DNA of 64,000 nt from Bacteroidales bacterium (GCA_020052415.1 JAGVPB010000078.1:146642-210641), one strand, 5' to 3'. Shown: positions 41,013-51,821, counted from the first letter of the stretch. Made by a program: numbers and translations. The notes: generated by a model from the sequence alone, not told the origin.

Positions 41013-42863
41013 TTATTCGATCATCATTTTCTTCGAAACTGACGTTTCACCTGAACGTACGGTATAGAAATATATTCCTGAATCAAGCCCTTCGGCATTG
41101 ATTGTCAATTCAGCTTTTCCTGCCGGGTACTGTTTTTCCGGTACGGAATAAACCACCTGTCCGATAAGGTTGGTTACTTCAAGGCTTAAGTTTGCGGATT
41201 TGTCAAGCATAACGTAAACCGTTGAAGTGCTCTTAAAAGGATTAGGGTAATTTTGAGATACATTCGAACTGCTGATCAATTCTGTATTTTCATTTATACT
41301 ATTCAAAATATCCTCTTTAAACACAGTCATTACCCTTATTTGATTATCTGTTGGCGGATCGGCATCTCCCTGAACGTGCATGCCTGGCTCATTGTCTGCC
41401 TGATATGCAAAGTAGATGTTATCATCAGAATTTGCTGTTACTGATGGGAAAACACATTCATCAAAGATGTAAATCAGGTCACCGGTCAAATCATAAAATG
41501 TTCCCCATGACGTACCTCCATCAGGAGAGGTCCGGGTCCAGATATGCCTGTAATTTTGGGATCCGTTATTAAATCCTTCGGTAACTGAAGAATAAACACA
41601 AAACAATCTGTTCTGATCGTCAATTGATAGTTGAACCATACTTGATAATCCCCTGTAATAAACTGCAATATCCATAATATCAAGGCTTCCGTTACCATCA
41701 ATATCCTGGCTCCATCCGATCAGGTTATAATCCTCTATTAGTTCTGAGTAACCGCAATCAGAATAAGGGCATAGTGCATCCATATCATTGGTGAAAGCCG
41801 GCATGTTTTCATTCCAATATCCTACACCATCTACACCCGGAAACCAGTATTCCCCGCCCGAATCGCCATACGTTCTGTTAATGCCAAAAACTACATGAAT
41901 CAGTCCGTTATTGTCCATGGCAAGATGATGTGATCCGTCAACACAATAAAAAGTATCGGTAACTTCTCCGGTAACATGCAATGGGTATGGATTTTCCCAA
42001 ATCACGGTTTTTTCCCAGCTATCTCCGTTGTCGGTTGATTTCATAAGCACCATATCGGTCCAGGTATCGCAAACTAAAAATGCGAGCGTGTTGTTTTTAG
42101 GTTCCATAAATTCGTAAACATCTCCACCGATGTTGGTGTAATAATCAGGACCTAATTCTTCAAAAAAATGATTATTGACTTCCCACGATGCACCACCATC
42201 GGATGACCGTGAATAAAGTAATGCGTTTGTCTGGCCCATATATACAGTATAAGTGACCGAAATAAAATGGATAAACTCATGGTTTGTTCCGGTAGTTACA
42301 CCACGTGGCCATGAAATATCCACAGCACCTACGGGACCTTCCTGTATGGCCATAGTCCATAAGCCGGTACCTTTGTCAGTACGGATACCATACGCCAATC
42401 CGTCGGTCATGTGATGAACAACGAACATTTCACCATTTTCGCCATAGGGAGAATAAGAAGGCCATCCGGTTTTATAAGGTTCAACCCTGACAGTAGGAAT
42501 GGCTCCCCAGCTTGTGCCATCAAAATAATTATAGCCCGTACCTCTTGCAGCAAATGCTGTCGGATCCAATCCCATATTCCACACGGTTCCAATTGTTCCA
42601 TCATTGTAAAGGTAAAGCCTGTTCTGATCTGAAGCATTGGTCTGTAAATCGTACATCGTATTGCCTATCCACTCTTCAGAAAGCATTCCGGAGCTTTTAG
42701 TGCCCGGAACATAAGTTCCCTGTTGATTGCCGTTATCCTTAATAAGTGTGGCTGGTTTTATTACTGCAACATCTCTTTTTGCTTTGGGTAATACTGCCCT
42801 TTCCTGGGCGAAAATGCACACTCCAAAACCAAGTGTCAATAAGAAAAGTAAGATTTTTTTCAT
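41013..42863 (-). CDS. Secreted Asp-box (BNR) repeat protein with a canonical T9SS type-A C-terminal sorting domain
   Basis: Signal peptide MKKILLFLLTLGFGVCIFAQ. Asp-boxes are SSDGGASW, STDNGDSW and SPDGGTSW. The last ~80 aa, NYPNPFKSTSTVYV...LDSGIYFYTVRSGETSVSKKMMIE, match the TIGR04183/Por_Secre_tail pattern. Confidence 0.85.
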   Translation of the reverse strand: MKKILLFLLTLGFGVCIFAQERAVLPKAKRDVAVIKPATLIKDNGNQQGTYVPGTKSSGMLSEEWIGNTMYDLQTNASDQNRLYLYNDGTIGTVWNMGLDPTAFAARGTGYNYFDGTSWGAIPTVRVEPYKTGWPSYSPYGENGEMFVVHHMTDGLAYGIRTDKGTGLWTMAIQEGPVGAVDISWPRGVTTGTNHEFIHFISVTYTVYMGQTNALLYSRSSDGGASWEVNNHFFEELGPDYYTNIGGDVYEFMEPKNNTLAFLVCDTWTDMVLMKSTDNGDSWEKTVIWENPYPLHVTGEVTDTFYCVDGSHHLAMDNNGLIHVVFGINRTYGDSGGEYWFPGVDGVGYWNENMPAFTNDMDALCPYSDCGYSELIEDYNLIGWSQDIDGNGSLDIMDIAVYYRGLSSMVQLSIDDQNRLFCVYSSVTEGFNNGSQNYRHIWTRTSPDGGTSWGTFYDLTGDLIYIFDECVFPSVTANSDDNIYFAYQADNEPGMHVQGDADPPTDNQIRVMTVFKEDILNSINENTELISSSNVSQNYPNPFKSTSTVYVMLDKSANLSLEVTNLIGQVVYSVPEKQYPAGKAELTINAEGLDSGIYFYTVRSGETSVSKKMMIE

Positions 42864-43084
42864 AATATTATTTTTAAATTAAACGATATAATGTTTTTTA
42901 TCCTGATATTTTTAACTGTAAAATATTCACAAAATTAGACAATTAATCCTATTTAACGACCTGAATAATAAAACAGCGAAAGTAAAACAAATATTGGGAA
43001 ATAACTCATAGTAATCAGTTAACGGTACAGAAAAAAAAGTTAACGGTTTATTTCTAGGAAAAAATCAATTTCTCAATACCGGAT

Positions 43085-45448
43085 TTACTTCACAACCTTC
43101 AATGTTGTTTTACCATAGCAGTATTTACCGCTGCGGGTATAACCTCTTACAATGATGTCGTAAACGGCGCAGTGGTCGGATGAATAAAAATTCAATGGAA
43201 TATTTTGGGATGACAAGGCAATTTCAGGTTCCCAATAGAGTAAAGTTCTGAAATCAGGAATGTGTTCGTTTAACGGTTGCCCGATATCGTAGCGCGGAAA
43301 CGAAAGGGTGGAAGAGGAAGATATCGTTTGGAATTCTGCGAAAGCAGAAGCGTCAGGAAAATTTATTCCTGAAAAATCCCGTGATTTTGTTTTGATGGAG
43401 ATCACACCCTGAAAAATATTATTACCGAGTGCATAAGCGCCCGTTACCACCCCAATTTCAGAAACCTGCGAAGGATGGATTTTTATCAATTCATCCGCGT
43501 TGGGAAGAGGAATATGGTCCAACAAAATAAGCGGATCATTAAATAGCTGACCCGATGCCTTATCAAAAACACTGAAGCGGTAATGCCCGCCGGTTTCATT
43601 TAACCTGACCCAGGGAATGATTTCGTTGAAAACTTCCTTCATGGTATTGAGACCGACATAATCATCCGGTTTAACGGTCAGCATTTCGTTCCCGAATAAA
43701 AAAGGCAGTTCAGGAGTGTGGTTCGTTATTACTTTGCTTTCGTCAGGAAATTTTTGTGAAACCTGCTGATTTACCCAAAGCTGTTCAATAAGTGATCTTG
43801 CCGAAGAATCAGGAGGCAGGAATACATTTGTCAAATCGGGATAGTCACCCGAAAAATCGTTGTTGATGAAAAGCTCAAGTTCTTTATCAGCAAATGGTTC
43901 AGCATAGAAATACAGGTCATGATTTCCGGAAAGGAAATTCAAAGAAAAAATAAAACTGCCATCTTCATTGGTTATTGTGCTGTGAATCTGAAAATTCCGG
44001 AACAATACCGAAGCAAAAACCCTGACATCCGGGGCCGGAAGCCCGGTCCCCTTTTCCCTTACAAATCCACTGACAGACACATCCCTTATTTCAGGAAGAT
44101 AAATCAGCGGAACCTGATCATTTAACAGCCGGCTGCTGATCAACCTTATGGATTCCCTGCTCTTCAGGTAAAGGGCAATCCGAATCTGATCCTGAATATC
44201 TTCCGGCGGAGTTGCCGAATTTCGGAGGTAAGCTTCAATCAGTAAAGGATTCGCAATAAATTGTGGCGGAAGAAGATCATTCATTTCAATGTTCGTTCCA
44301 TGCATGACCACCGAAGCAGTTAAAAATGCCGTATCACCCGAAAGGCTGAAAGGAGAAATCAATTCACAGCCGATCCTCTCCCTCCTGGAAATAGTATCAA
44401 TTGTCAGTTGGATTGGGATTTCAATTGATTCATTCAAATTCAGGAACAGAGATTTAAACTGCTTTATTTTATTATCGCTGTCGGTCAGAACCAAATAATT
44501 AATTCCTTCATCAAAATTCATTAATGGAATGGAAACAGAATAACCAGTTCGGGCATTGAAAAAACCTGATTCGGACATTTCACTTGAATTGCCTGAAAAC
44601 ACTGCCAGTCGTAATTGATCATCCAAATTTTCATTTGCATTGGAACCTGCAATTTTACAGCGAAGTTCCGATACTGACCATTCTGTTTGGATTGAAAATC
44701 CGGTATCATGGGCCAGCGGAAATGCAACCAATTGGGGATTTTCATTGGCAAGTTCGACTTTCAGAAAATATTCTGTGGAATCGTTTGGCATATAGTTAAA
44801 AGCTGCCAATCCGTTGGCATAAGGCTTTAATTCGCTGACAATATTATGATTTTGATCTACTATTATAAATGACCTTGCAGCTTTCATTACCTTATCAGGA
44901 ATCCTTATCCCCACCCGGGCAGGAAAATTATTAACCAGGGTAATGCCGTCCGGGATTATTTCAATGGAATCATACTGTTTGAAGTGCGACTGGTTAATAG
45001 GGGTTACCGGATTAATGACCGTGAACCATTTTGTGAAATAGCTTTCGGAAGGGAAATTCCTTAAATATTGTGTGTAAGCACGTATATAATAATCACCCGA
45101 TATCAGTTCTTCGGGTATTGGCAGGCTGCCGGTCACTTTACCTTTTTCCAGTCTGAATTTTTCACGCCTGACGGATTTTTTCTCAGCATTAAATAATTCA
45201 ATATACAAAACGTTGCTCAACGGACTGGCTTCATGATTTTCCTTAAACAGACAGTGAGCAGTGAACCAAATGGTTTCTCCGGTGAGATATAAATCGCGGT
45301 CGGTGTAAATATTTACAACTTCAGGCTGAATTTCAAGAAGGTACTTTGCCGTTGAAATTCCACTGTGCTGTCCCTTTATAATCTCGTATTTAAGGATCAC
45401 CGTGAGTATTAGAGCAATTGAAACTTTTATATAATAAATCTTTCTCAT
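43085..45448 (-). CDS. Large secreted protein of unknown function with MG2 (alpha-2-macroglobulin-like) and CarboxypepD_reg-like beta-sandwich segments
   Basis: The N-terminal segment DRDLYLTGETIWFTAHCL...VLYIELFN...SGDYYIRAYTQ resembles MG2 domains. VSGFVREKGTGLPAPDVRVFAS...NEDGSFIF resembles CarboxypepD_reg. It is the last gene of the TonB-receptor operon. Confidence 0.4.
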   Translation of the reverse strand: MRKIYYIKVSIALILTVILKYEIIKGQHSGISTAKYLLEIQPEVVNIYTDRDLYLTGETIWFTAHCLFKENHEASPLSNVLYIELFNAEKKSVRREKFRLEKGKVTGSLPIPEELISGDYYIRAYTQYLRNFPSESYFTKWFTVINPVTPINQSHFKQYDSIEIIPDGITLVNNFPARVGIRIPDKVMKAARSFIIVDQNHNIVSELKPYANGLAAFNYMPNDSTEYFLKVELANENPQLVAFPLAHDTGFSIQTEWSVSELRCKIAGSNANENLDDQLRLAVFSGNSSEMSESGFFNARTGYSVSIPLMNFDEGINYLVLTDSDNKIKQFKSLFLNLNESIEIPIQLTIDTISRRERIGCELISPFSLSGDTAFLTASVVMHGTNIEMNDLLPPQFIANPLLIEAYLRNSATPPEDIQDQIRIALYLKSRESIRLISSRLLNDQVPLIYLPEIRDVSVSGFVREKGTGLPAPDVRVFASVLFRNFQIHSTITNEDGSFIFSLNFLSGNHDLYFYAEPFADKELELFINNDFSGDYPDLTNVFLPPDSSARSLIEQLWVNQQVSQKFPDESKVITNHTPELPFLFGNEMLTVKPDDYVGLNTMKEVFNEIIPWVRLNETGGHYRFSVFDKASGQLFNDPLILLDHIPLPNADELIKIHPSQVSEIGVVTGAYALGNNIFQGVISIKTKSRDFSGINFPDASAFAEFQTISSSSTLSFPRYDIGQPLNEHIPDFRTLLYWEPEIALSSQNIPLNFYSSDHCAVYDIIVRGYTRSGKYCYGKTTLKVVK

Positions 45449-45452
45449 CTCA

Positions 45453-46613
45453 TCATTCTTCCCAAAAATCAGGTTTTACAATCGTTCCACCGCTCTTCCG
45501 GCAATCCATACACTCGGGTGCCGGAAGAGCAGGAGTTCCGAAGTCATCAGTAGTTACATAAATCGGCCAATCGCTTGGATTGCTTAAAAAAACGCTTGAC
45601 ATGCTTTCATAATCCTGCTGTCCCAATACGCATACAGGGTAATAAAATGTAACCGGCAGCATATCCGGAGTAACAAAAATTCTCCTTTTTGCAACCCCGG
45701 CCACCATGAAATATCCCAACACGGGTTCTTCCGGATCAGAAGTATTCACTAAGTTTCCTCTTATCTGATAAGGCTGGGTATTGTACAATCCGCCCTGGTT
45801 TGAGTTTTGTTCTTTGATGCTGTTCCAGAACTTGTAGGCCGTTTCCGACAGGGTAAATTGTTTTACCAGCAGGCTGTACCGGATGGCCAGTTCCCGTGTT
45901 TCGGTATCCACATAATTGAGCGGGACATCTGTTACTGCCGGTTCAGACTGATTTTTATCGGTATAGGAAAAAATTTCCTGCACTTTGTAGGTTCTCCAGC
46001 AGGTTTGAAGCGAATCGGAATTGGTAAAGGGCCTTAATGTGCCATCATATACAAGCGTGATCAGGAAGTCGGCCCTGTATTCATAAGTTGCTTCGAGTCG
46101 TGCCAGATAATAATTTGTATCGGAAACCGCAGATGCTGTATTCAGATAAAACTGATACCCGACCCTGTTATGTGTAAGGTTGTCCAGTGCATGATATTCC
46201 ACTTCGGGAAAGACGGTATCAATTTCTACAGGATTCTTTATCTCTTCAAATCCTGACTCATAATTCTTGCCTCCGGAAGTTATTATCTTAATTTTATATT
46301 GTCTTCCGATAGTGCCTTGTATTCCGGTTGAAGACGTTATATATGTACCGGGATCAATTTCCGTAAGCGTTTCCGACCCACCCTGGTCGTCCATGATCAC
46401 CACGGAAGCATTGGTGACGGGTATATTCTGTCTTTCATCCAATTTGGACGACATAGACAAAATTACTGTATAGGGCCCGGGTTCATTTGAAATATAACCA
46501 TCAACCACCAGCAGGTTTTCATATTTATCAAGAACCGGCCAGTACTCATCAACACAGGACGTGAACAAAACACTTGTAGCTATTAAAAGAATAACCTTCA
46601 TCTTAATTTTCAT
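45453..46613 (-). CDS. DUF4249-family lipoprotein
   Basis: Lipobox LFTSC, then VDEYWPVLDKYENLLVVDGYISNEPGPYTVILSMS, typical of DUF4249. It sits directly downstream of a TonB-dependent receptor, as is usual for the family. An alternative start at 46601 would remove the 11-nt overlap. Confidence 0.7.
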   Translation of the reverse strand: MKIKMKVILLIATSVLFTSCVDEYWPVLDKYENLLVVDGYISNEPGPYTVILSMSSKLDERQNIPVTNASVVIMDDQGGSETLTEIDPGTYITSSTGIQGTIGRQYKIKIITSGGKNYESGFEEIKNPVEIDTVFPEVEYHALDNLTHNRVGYQFYLNTASAVSDTNYYLARLEATYEYRADFLITLVYDGTLRPFTNSDSLQTCWRTYKVQEIFSYTDKNQSEPAVTDVPLNYVDTETRELAIRYSLLVKQFTLSETAYKFWNSIKEQNSNQGGLYNTQPYQIRGNLVNTSDPEEPVLGYFMVAGVAKRRIFVTPDMLPVTFYYPVCVLGQQDYESMSSVFLSNPSDWPIYVTTDDFGTPALPAPECMDCRKSGGTIVKPDFWEE

Positions 46614-49407
46614 AATTCCCTAATTTAAAGTTATAGGTAATAGAAAAAACCGGACTGCCAAAAATGGAAATTCTGTAGCCTTTTATTATTCCATTTTCCG
46701 ATTTAAAATAAACCGAATACGCATTTTTTCTGCCGGTAAGATTATAAACGGAGAAATTCCATGAACTATGTACGAATTTCTTCAGTTTCAAATTTCCTTC
46801 CAGGTTTACCGACACGTCAATTCTGAAATAATCCGGCAACCGGTATTCGTTCCTTCCTGAAAAATAGATTATTTTATTTCCATCCTGATAGTAAATAGCG
46901 GTAGGATATGTAATCGGCCGCCCGGTAGAATAAACTAAATTGCCTGAAAAACTGATTCGCCTCGAAATTTTGTAATTAGCAACAAGATTAATGGCATGGG
47001 GTTTATCATAATTTGCCGGGTAAGCCAAACCGAAATTATTCTCCTCGCCTGTAGCCGGATTGGCTGCTATTATTTGTGAACCGGACCAGGTATAATTGAT
47101 CCATCCATTCATTTTTCCATAAGGTTTTTTAACCATGAACTCCAAACCATAAGCCTTTAATTTTCCCTGAATAACTTCCGTTTCAGGTAACTTATTGGTG
47201 ATCAGTTCTGCGCCATCCTTATACTCTACAAGGTTTTCAGCTTCCTTATAATATCCTTCGACCGAGGTTTCGAGAATACTTCCAAAAATATTTTTGTAAA
47301 AACCCAATGAAAACTGATTGCCTGTCATGGGTTTGATGTTATAATCGCAAAGTTTCCACTTGTCTGCCGGTGAAATGGCGATGGTGTTTGAAAGCATAAA
47401 AATATACTGGTGCAATTTATTGTAACTTGCTTTCAGTGAAAGGTCTTCTTTAATGATGTATCTGGCGGCAATCCTGTAATCAAGTCCGCTATAAGTTTTT
47501 ATTAAGTCATTATTTGAAAAGGCCAAAGTATCTATAATACTTTCACCGGACAAAGGCTGGCTATCCATGTACGTGAAAACGGTTTTTGGACCAAGGTACG
47601 CAAACAGATTGTACCTGAGGCCGGCAATGATCTGGAGGCTGGGACTAATTGTCCACTGATCACTGATATATATTCCTGATTCAATCCCTTTTTCAGGTTC
47701 GAAAGTTTCAGGGTTAAGTGCTGAATTTTCATCCAGTGGTTGTAAATCGCCGGTTCTCAACTGGTACAGAATTGAATTTAGTCCCATCGAAAGTGTATGT
47801 TTGGAACCCGGCCTGATCGTGAGGTCAACTTTTAATTCGTTATGATTTAATTCATACGATTGTTTGTAGGCATACAGGTCATTTTCCATGTTTTTATCAA
47901 GGTAATCATAATTTCCTGAGGCAAATGTCGTGGTTAAAGTGTGCTTTTCTCTGATGATATGATTCCAGCTTAGTGAACCTCCCATATTCCGGTAATTATT
48001 GCTCGTAAGGGATGCTATGTTTGCATCATCATAACTATAATAACCAAACAGTTTCAACTCGTTCGAAGGATTGATCTTCAATGATAAATTGACAACTGCA
48101 TCGCCGAACCAGGCACTGCTTTTACGTAATTGCGAATCTTTCATGTATTGGAAAAGCCAGTCGGAATAAGTTGAACGCAATCCGATCAAATAGCTGCTTT
48201 TGTTTTTCGCTATCGGGCCTTCCACTGCGAGGCGCGCAGTAACAGGGCTGAGCCCTCCGGTTGCTTTAAATTTGTCCGGGTTTCCCTGCCGGGCAGTAAT
48301 ATCGAAAATTGAAGCCAGTCGTCCACCGTATGATGCAGGAATATTGCTCTTTAATAAAGTAAAATCGCTGACGGCATCCGAATTAAATGCTGAGAAAAAA
48401 CCAAATAAATGTGAAGAATTATATACAGGAACTGCATTGATATAAAACATATTTTGATCTGCCGGGCTGCCTCTTACATTAAACCCCGTACTGCCTTCAC
48501 CCACGGTTTGAACTCCAGGCAGCAGCAATGCGACTTTGATGATATCTCTTTCACCTAATACGACAGGAATTTCATTTATTTTTTTTACCGCCAGTTTTTC
48601 AAATCCCATCTGGGTTCCTTTTACATTATGTTCTTTTTCAGTGCTTACAACAAACTCATCCAGAAGGAATAAATTAGGTTCAAGGTAGATATTGAAACGA
48701 TCACTCGATAGAATATTAAGTTTATATTTTTCGGTTTTGCTTTCAATGCTTCTTACAACAAGGGTGTATTTGCCTTTATCGAGATTGAGAACATAACGGC
48801 CATTTTCGTCAGAAGTAGTCCCATTTTGTAATTCTTCGATATAAAGGGTTACATTGTCAAGAGGCAGGCTGTCTCTGTTGTTTTTTATATAGCCGGTTAT
48901 TGACGGTTTTAATTCATGCTGTCCCTCTTTTTTTGATCCCAGTGTTATCGTTTTTGCTATGAATTCCTTTTTTGTTACAAGAAAATCAACACTGGTTTTC
49001 TCAACTCCCGAAGAGGTATCAGGTGTTTTGGTATCCGGGAAAACCGAATGATAGAAATCAAACGGCAGGGATGTTTGAATAATCTCCTCTTTGCTTAAAA
49101 AAATGTTCCCGTACTTATCATAAGAAGGATAAATATTCAGGGGCACAAAAGTTTCTTTTAAAAAATTCTGAAGAGTTATGGATTCGGTTTTTAAAATGAC
49201 TTTAATATCCGCAATACTATCGGGATTATAAAATACCCTGATGTTATTTTCTTTTTCCAATTTTTCAACAAAATCCTTCCACGACAGGCCATCGTAATCT
49301 TTTGTTATGATTATTTCTTCATTCTGCCCCGATAAGGGTAAATTAGACAAAAACAGTAACCCAAAAAAGACAGCTATGAAAATATTAGTCTTCAGATAAT
49401 TCATCAC
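46603..49407 (-). CDS. TonB-dependent receptor with N-terminal STN-like and CarboxypepD_reg-like domains
   Basis: The STN-like segment is SWKDFVEKLEKENNIRVFYN...ITLQNFLKETF. The CarboxypepD_reg segment is ITGYIKNNRDSLPLDNVTLYIE..TSDENGRYVL. The plug (VLGERDIIKVALLLPGV) and a long beta-barrel follow, and the protein ends in an aromatic-rich terminal strand. Confidence 0.8.
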   Translation of the reverse strand: MMNYLKTNIFIAVFFGLLFLSNLPLSGQNEEIIITKDYDGLSWKDFVEKLEKENNIRVFYNPDSIADIKVILKTESITLQNFLKETFVPLNIYPSYDKYGNIFLSKEEIIQTSLPFDFYHSVFPDTKTPDTSSGVEKTSVDFLVTKKEFIAKTITLGSKKEGQHELKPSITGYIKNNRDSLPLDNVTLYIEELQNGTTSDENGRYVLNLDKGKYTLVVRSIESKTEKYKLNILSSDRFNIYLEPNLFLLDEFVVSTEKEHNVKGTQMGFEKLAVKKINEIPVVLGERDIIKVALLLPGVQTVGEGSTGFNVRGSPADQNMFYINAVPVYNSSHLFGFFSAFNSDAVSDFTLLKSNIPASYGGRLASIFDITARQGNPDKFKATGGLSPVTARLAVEGPIAKNKSSYLIGLRSTYSDWLFQYMKDSQLRKSSAWFGDAVVNLSLKINPSNELKLFGYYSYDDANIASLTSNNYRNMGGSLSWNHIIREKHTLTTTFASGNYDYLDKNMENDLYAYKQSYELNHNELKVDLTIRPGSKHTLSMGLNSILYQLRTGDLQPLDENSALNPETFEPEKGIESGIYISDQWTISPSLQIIAGLRYNLFAYLGPKTVFTYMDSQPLSGESIIDTLAFSNNDLIKTYSGLDYRIAARYIIKEDLSLKASYNKLHQYIFMLSNTIAISPADKWKLCDYNIKPMTGNQFSLGFYKNIFGSILETSVEGYYKEAENLVEYKDGAELITNKLPETEVIQGKLKAYGLEFMVKKPYGKMNGWINYTWSGSQIIAANPATGEENNFGLAYPANYDKPHAINLVANYKISRRISFSGNLVYSTGRPITYPTAIYYQDGNKIIYFSGRNEYRLPDYFRIDVSVNLEGNLKLKKFVHSSWNFSVYNLTGRKNAYSVYFKSENGIIKGYRISIFGSPVFSITYNFKLGNYEN

Positions 49408-50137
49408 AAAATTTCAATAACTGATACAATTGATTTGTAGAGGCACTCCGGTACCTGATATGATTAATCCTGAAATAATTCTTTATTTGATTCCGAAAGG
49501 GTTCAAAGTAATCCAGGAATGATTTTCTGTCGGGTAGTTTTACCAACTGGCCGCCTGATTGAATATACTTTACCGACACCGGTTTTGAGTATTTTCCAAA
49601 CTGATTTGATTGAGAATACTGATTCAAAAAGGTTTTCTTATGCCGGATGATAAAAGTAAGGCCTGAATTATAAATAAGTTCTGCATAACCGGTTTCATTA
49701 TTTTGAAGATGCAGTTGATTTAAGTTGATGAAATGTTGTTCACCTATATAAAAAGCATCAACAAAATCCTGATTCAACAGAATTGCAATACTACCCTTTT
49801 CTTTTTCTTTAAATTGAACAATAACTCTATCAATCTCAACATCATAAAGGAAATCTGTATGATCGAAAACTTTCCCTTTTATAATGATGGTTCCGATGGT
49901 CCGGTTATAGTCCTGAAAATAAGGATTTCCAACTGCTCCCGGGTGTCCGGGAATGAATATACGGCCGTTTTTCAATAAATCATCAGGGCCATAAGCTTTT
50001 TGCGTGATTTCAATAACTTGTTCGATATTGTTTAATTGTATATTCTGTTGCGCGAAAATTAGTCCTGGAAATAAAACAAAAATCCCAATAACTAATCCTG
50101 AAGTTTGCAAAAAAGTAAAAAAGTCCCTTTTAAACAG
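49385..50137 (-). CDS. Secreted hypothetical protein, first gene of the TonB-receptor operon
   Basis: The best start is MLFKRDFFTFLQTSGLVIGIFVLFPGLIFAQQ (signal peptide) at 50137; the track ORF extends to 50203. No family recognised. It overlaps the receptor gene start by 23 nt. Confidence 0.5.
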   Translation of the reverse strand: MFKRDFFTFLQTSGLVIGIFVLFPGLIFAQQNIQLNNIEQVIEITQKAYGPDDLLKNGRIFIPGHPGAVGNPYFQDYNRTIGTIIIKGKVFDHTDFLYDVEIDRVIVQFKEKEKGSIAILLNQDFVDAFYIGEQHFINLNQLHLQNNETGYAELIYNSGLTFIIRHKKTFLNQYSQSNQFGKYSKPVSVKYIQSGGQLVKLPDRKSFLDYFEPFRNQIKNYFRINHIRYRSASTNQLYQLLKFCDELSED

Positions 50138-50318
50138 CATGTCTATTTGATTCTGCCTGATAAAGACAATATATTTTACCAAATCGTTTACCATTATACC
50201 CATTGGTAAATTGCCGATGTGAAACTAAAGAATATTTTTCAATCCTTCAGGTAATAAAAAATTTAATAAGCAGAATTTTAAATCATAACGAAAACAATAA
50301 CCCCGGTACCATTATCTC

Positions 50319-50350
50319 AAAAAAAAGGCCGCTCATTTGGAGCAGCCTTT
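50319..50350 (-). terminator. Rho-independent terminator after the SusD-like gene
   Basis: The minus strand reads AAAGGCTGCTC-CAAAT-GAGCGGCCTTT followed by TTTTTTTT, 23 nt after the stop at 50373. Confidence 0.75.
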
Positions 50351-50372
50351 ATAGCATAATAAATCTTTAATT

Positions 50373-51809
50373 TTAAAATTTATCCCAGAACAATTTCTGA
50401 TGCATAACGTCACCCAGCGGACCTATAGCATCGGCTGCCTGGTAATAATTTGTTGCATTTAAAGTCTGTTCATTGATAGGATAAGTGAACCTCTTTGGAA
50501 CCTGTCCGTCTTCTGTTTCGGGAGCAGGAGGCAGATTGAGAACCGGGAAATCGAGCCTTCTCCAGGAAGTCCAGCCCTGCATACCCCTGACATAATAGGC
50601 CAGCCATGCCTGTGTGCCTATCAATTCTTTCCAGTCGGCTGCAGAGTAAGCAACATCCGGATTAGCAAGATAACCATCGGCATCAGACTGTGACAATCCC
50701 CAGAAAAGAAATGACGAGCTGACAGCACTGTTGTAATATGATTCGGCTGTACCGGCAACATCAAATCCTCTTGCTGCTGCTTCAGCGAGGTAGAAGGCTG
50801 TTTCAGTTCCGTCTAAAAGTGTCATCGGATAATCGGGTTCCTGGATGGCATCAGCTATGTGTGAATATGAAGAGAAATTATTGCTCTCGCCATAAATACC
50901 GCCGATGTAAGCACCCTCGTATAATGTAAAATATGCAGGGCGCCGTGGGTCATTTAAGGTATTCATTATATCCACAATGGTATTGGCCGGAACAAAATCG
51001 TGCCTGCCGCTTTGAACCAGATCAACGTAAATCTGGTTTGAATTGGCTCCACCCGGGTAAACAATTTCGCATATTTCACCAGGTGCGAATGCGCCGGCTT
51101 CAGCATTTTTAATAACCGTTCCGGCATAGGTAGCATCTACATCCGACAGGTTGATCGCCAGCTTAATTTTCATGGAATTTCCAAATTTTATCCATAAACT
51201 TACGTCGCCACCCATATAAAGGTCATTTGATCCGAAGCTCCCAAAACCAGCGTCTAATCCTGCAACGGCAGCATCGAGCCTGCTGATAAGATCCTTGTAA
51301 ATGGTAAGTGCATCGTCATAAGCCGGTGAAATGTTATTGATATCCAGTGCCTGAGTATAAGGAATATTTCCGAAATAATCAACGAGCTCGTTCCAGCAAT
51401 AAATCTCAACTAATTCAATGATTTGCAGCCTGTTTGCCTTAGCGTTAATGGCATCTTCTCCGGCAACTTCCTCGGCAGTGATTGCTTTTTTTGCATCCCT
51501 CAGATCATTTAAAATATCCCTGTAATAGGTCCTGAAAACCAGGTCGGGAATTGTACGATTAATGATGTCGTAGTTGGATTCATCGGTGTAGGTGGTCTCA
51601 GTCCAATATTGTGAAACCAGCTTAAGGATATTCAGGTTTACATTTGCACTTGCAACCTGATCACCCAGGGCTTTTTGAGCATTAGCAAATAAATAGTCAC
51701 CGGGAACTTCAGTAGGATTTTTTTGATCGGTATTAAAGTCCTCGTATTTCTCGGTACAGGATACTGTGATCCCAATCAATACTATTAAAACTATATATAT
51801 TCTTTTCAT
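50373..51809 (-). CDS. susD: SusD/RagB-family (SusD-like_2) outer-membrane lipoprotein
   Basis: Lipobox ITVSC, then TEKYEDFNTDQKNPTEVPGDYLFANAQ...SQYWTETTYTDESNY, typical of the SusD-like_2 subfamily. It lies immediately downstream of SusC. Confidence 0.85.
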   Translation of the reverse strand: MKRIYIVLIVLIGITVSCTEKYEDFNTDQKNPTEVPGDYLFANAQKALGDQVASANVNLNILKLVSQYWTETTYTDESNYDIINRTIPDLVFRTYYRDILNDLRDAKKAITAEEVAGEDAINAKANRLQIIELVEIYCWNELVDYFGNIPYTQALDINNISPAYDDALTIYKDLISRLDAAVAGLDAGFGSFGSNDLYMGGDVSLWIKFGNSMKIKLAINLSDVDATYAGTVIKNAEAGAFAPGEICEIVYPGGANSNQIYVDLVQSGRHDFVPANTIVDIMNTLNDPRRPAYFTLYEGAYIGGIYGESNNFSSYSHIADAIQEPDYPMTLLDGTETAFYLAEAAARGFDVAGTAESYYNSAVSSSFLFWGLSQSDADGYLANPDVAYSAADWKELIGTQAWLAYYVRGMQGWTSWRRLDFPVLNLPPAPETEDGQVPKRFTYPINEQTLNATNYYQAADAIGPLGDVMHQKLFWDKF

Positions 51810-51821
51810 AATGTGTGTTAT

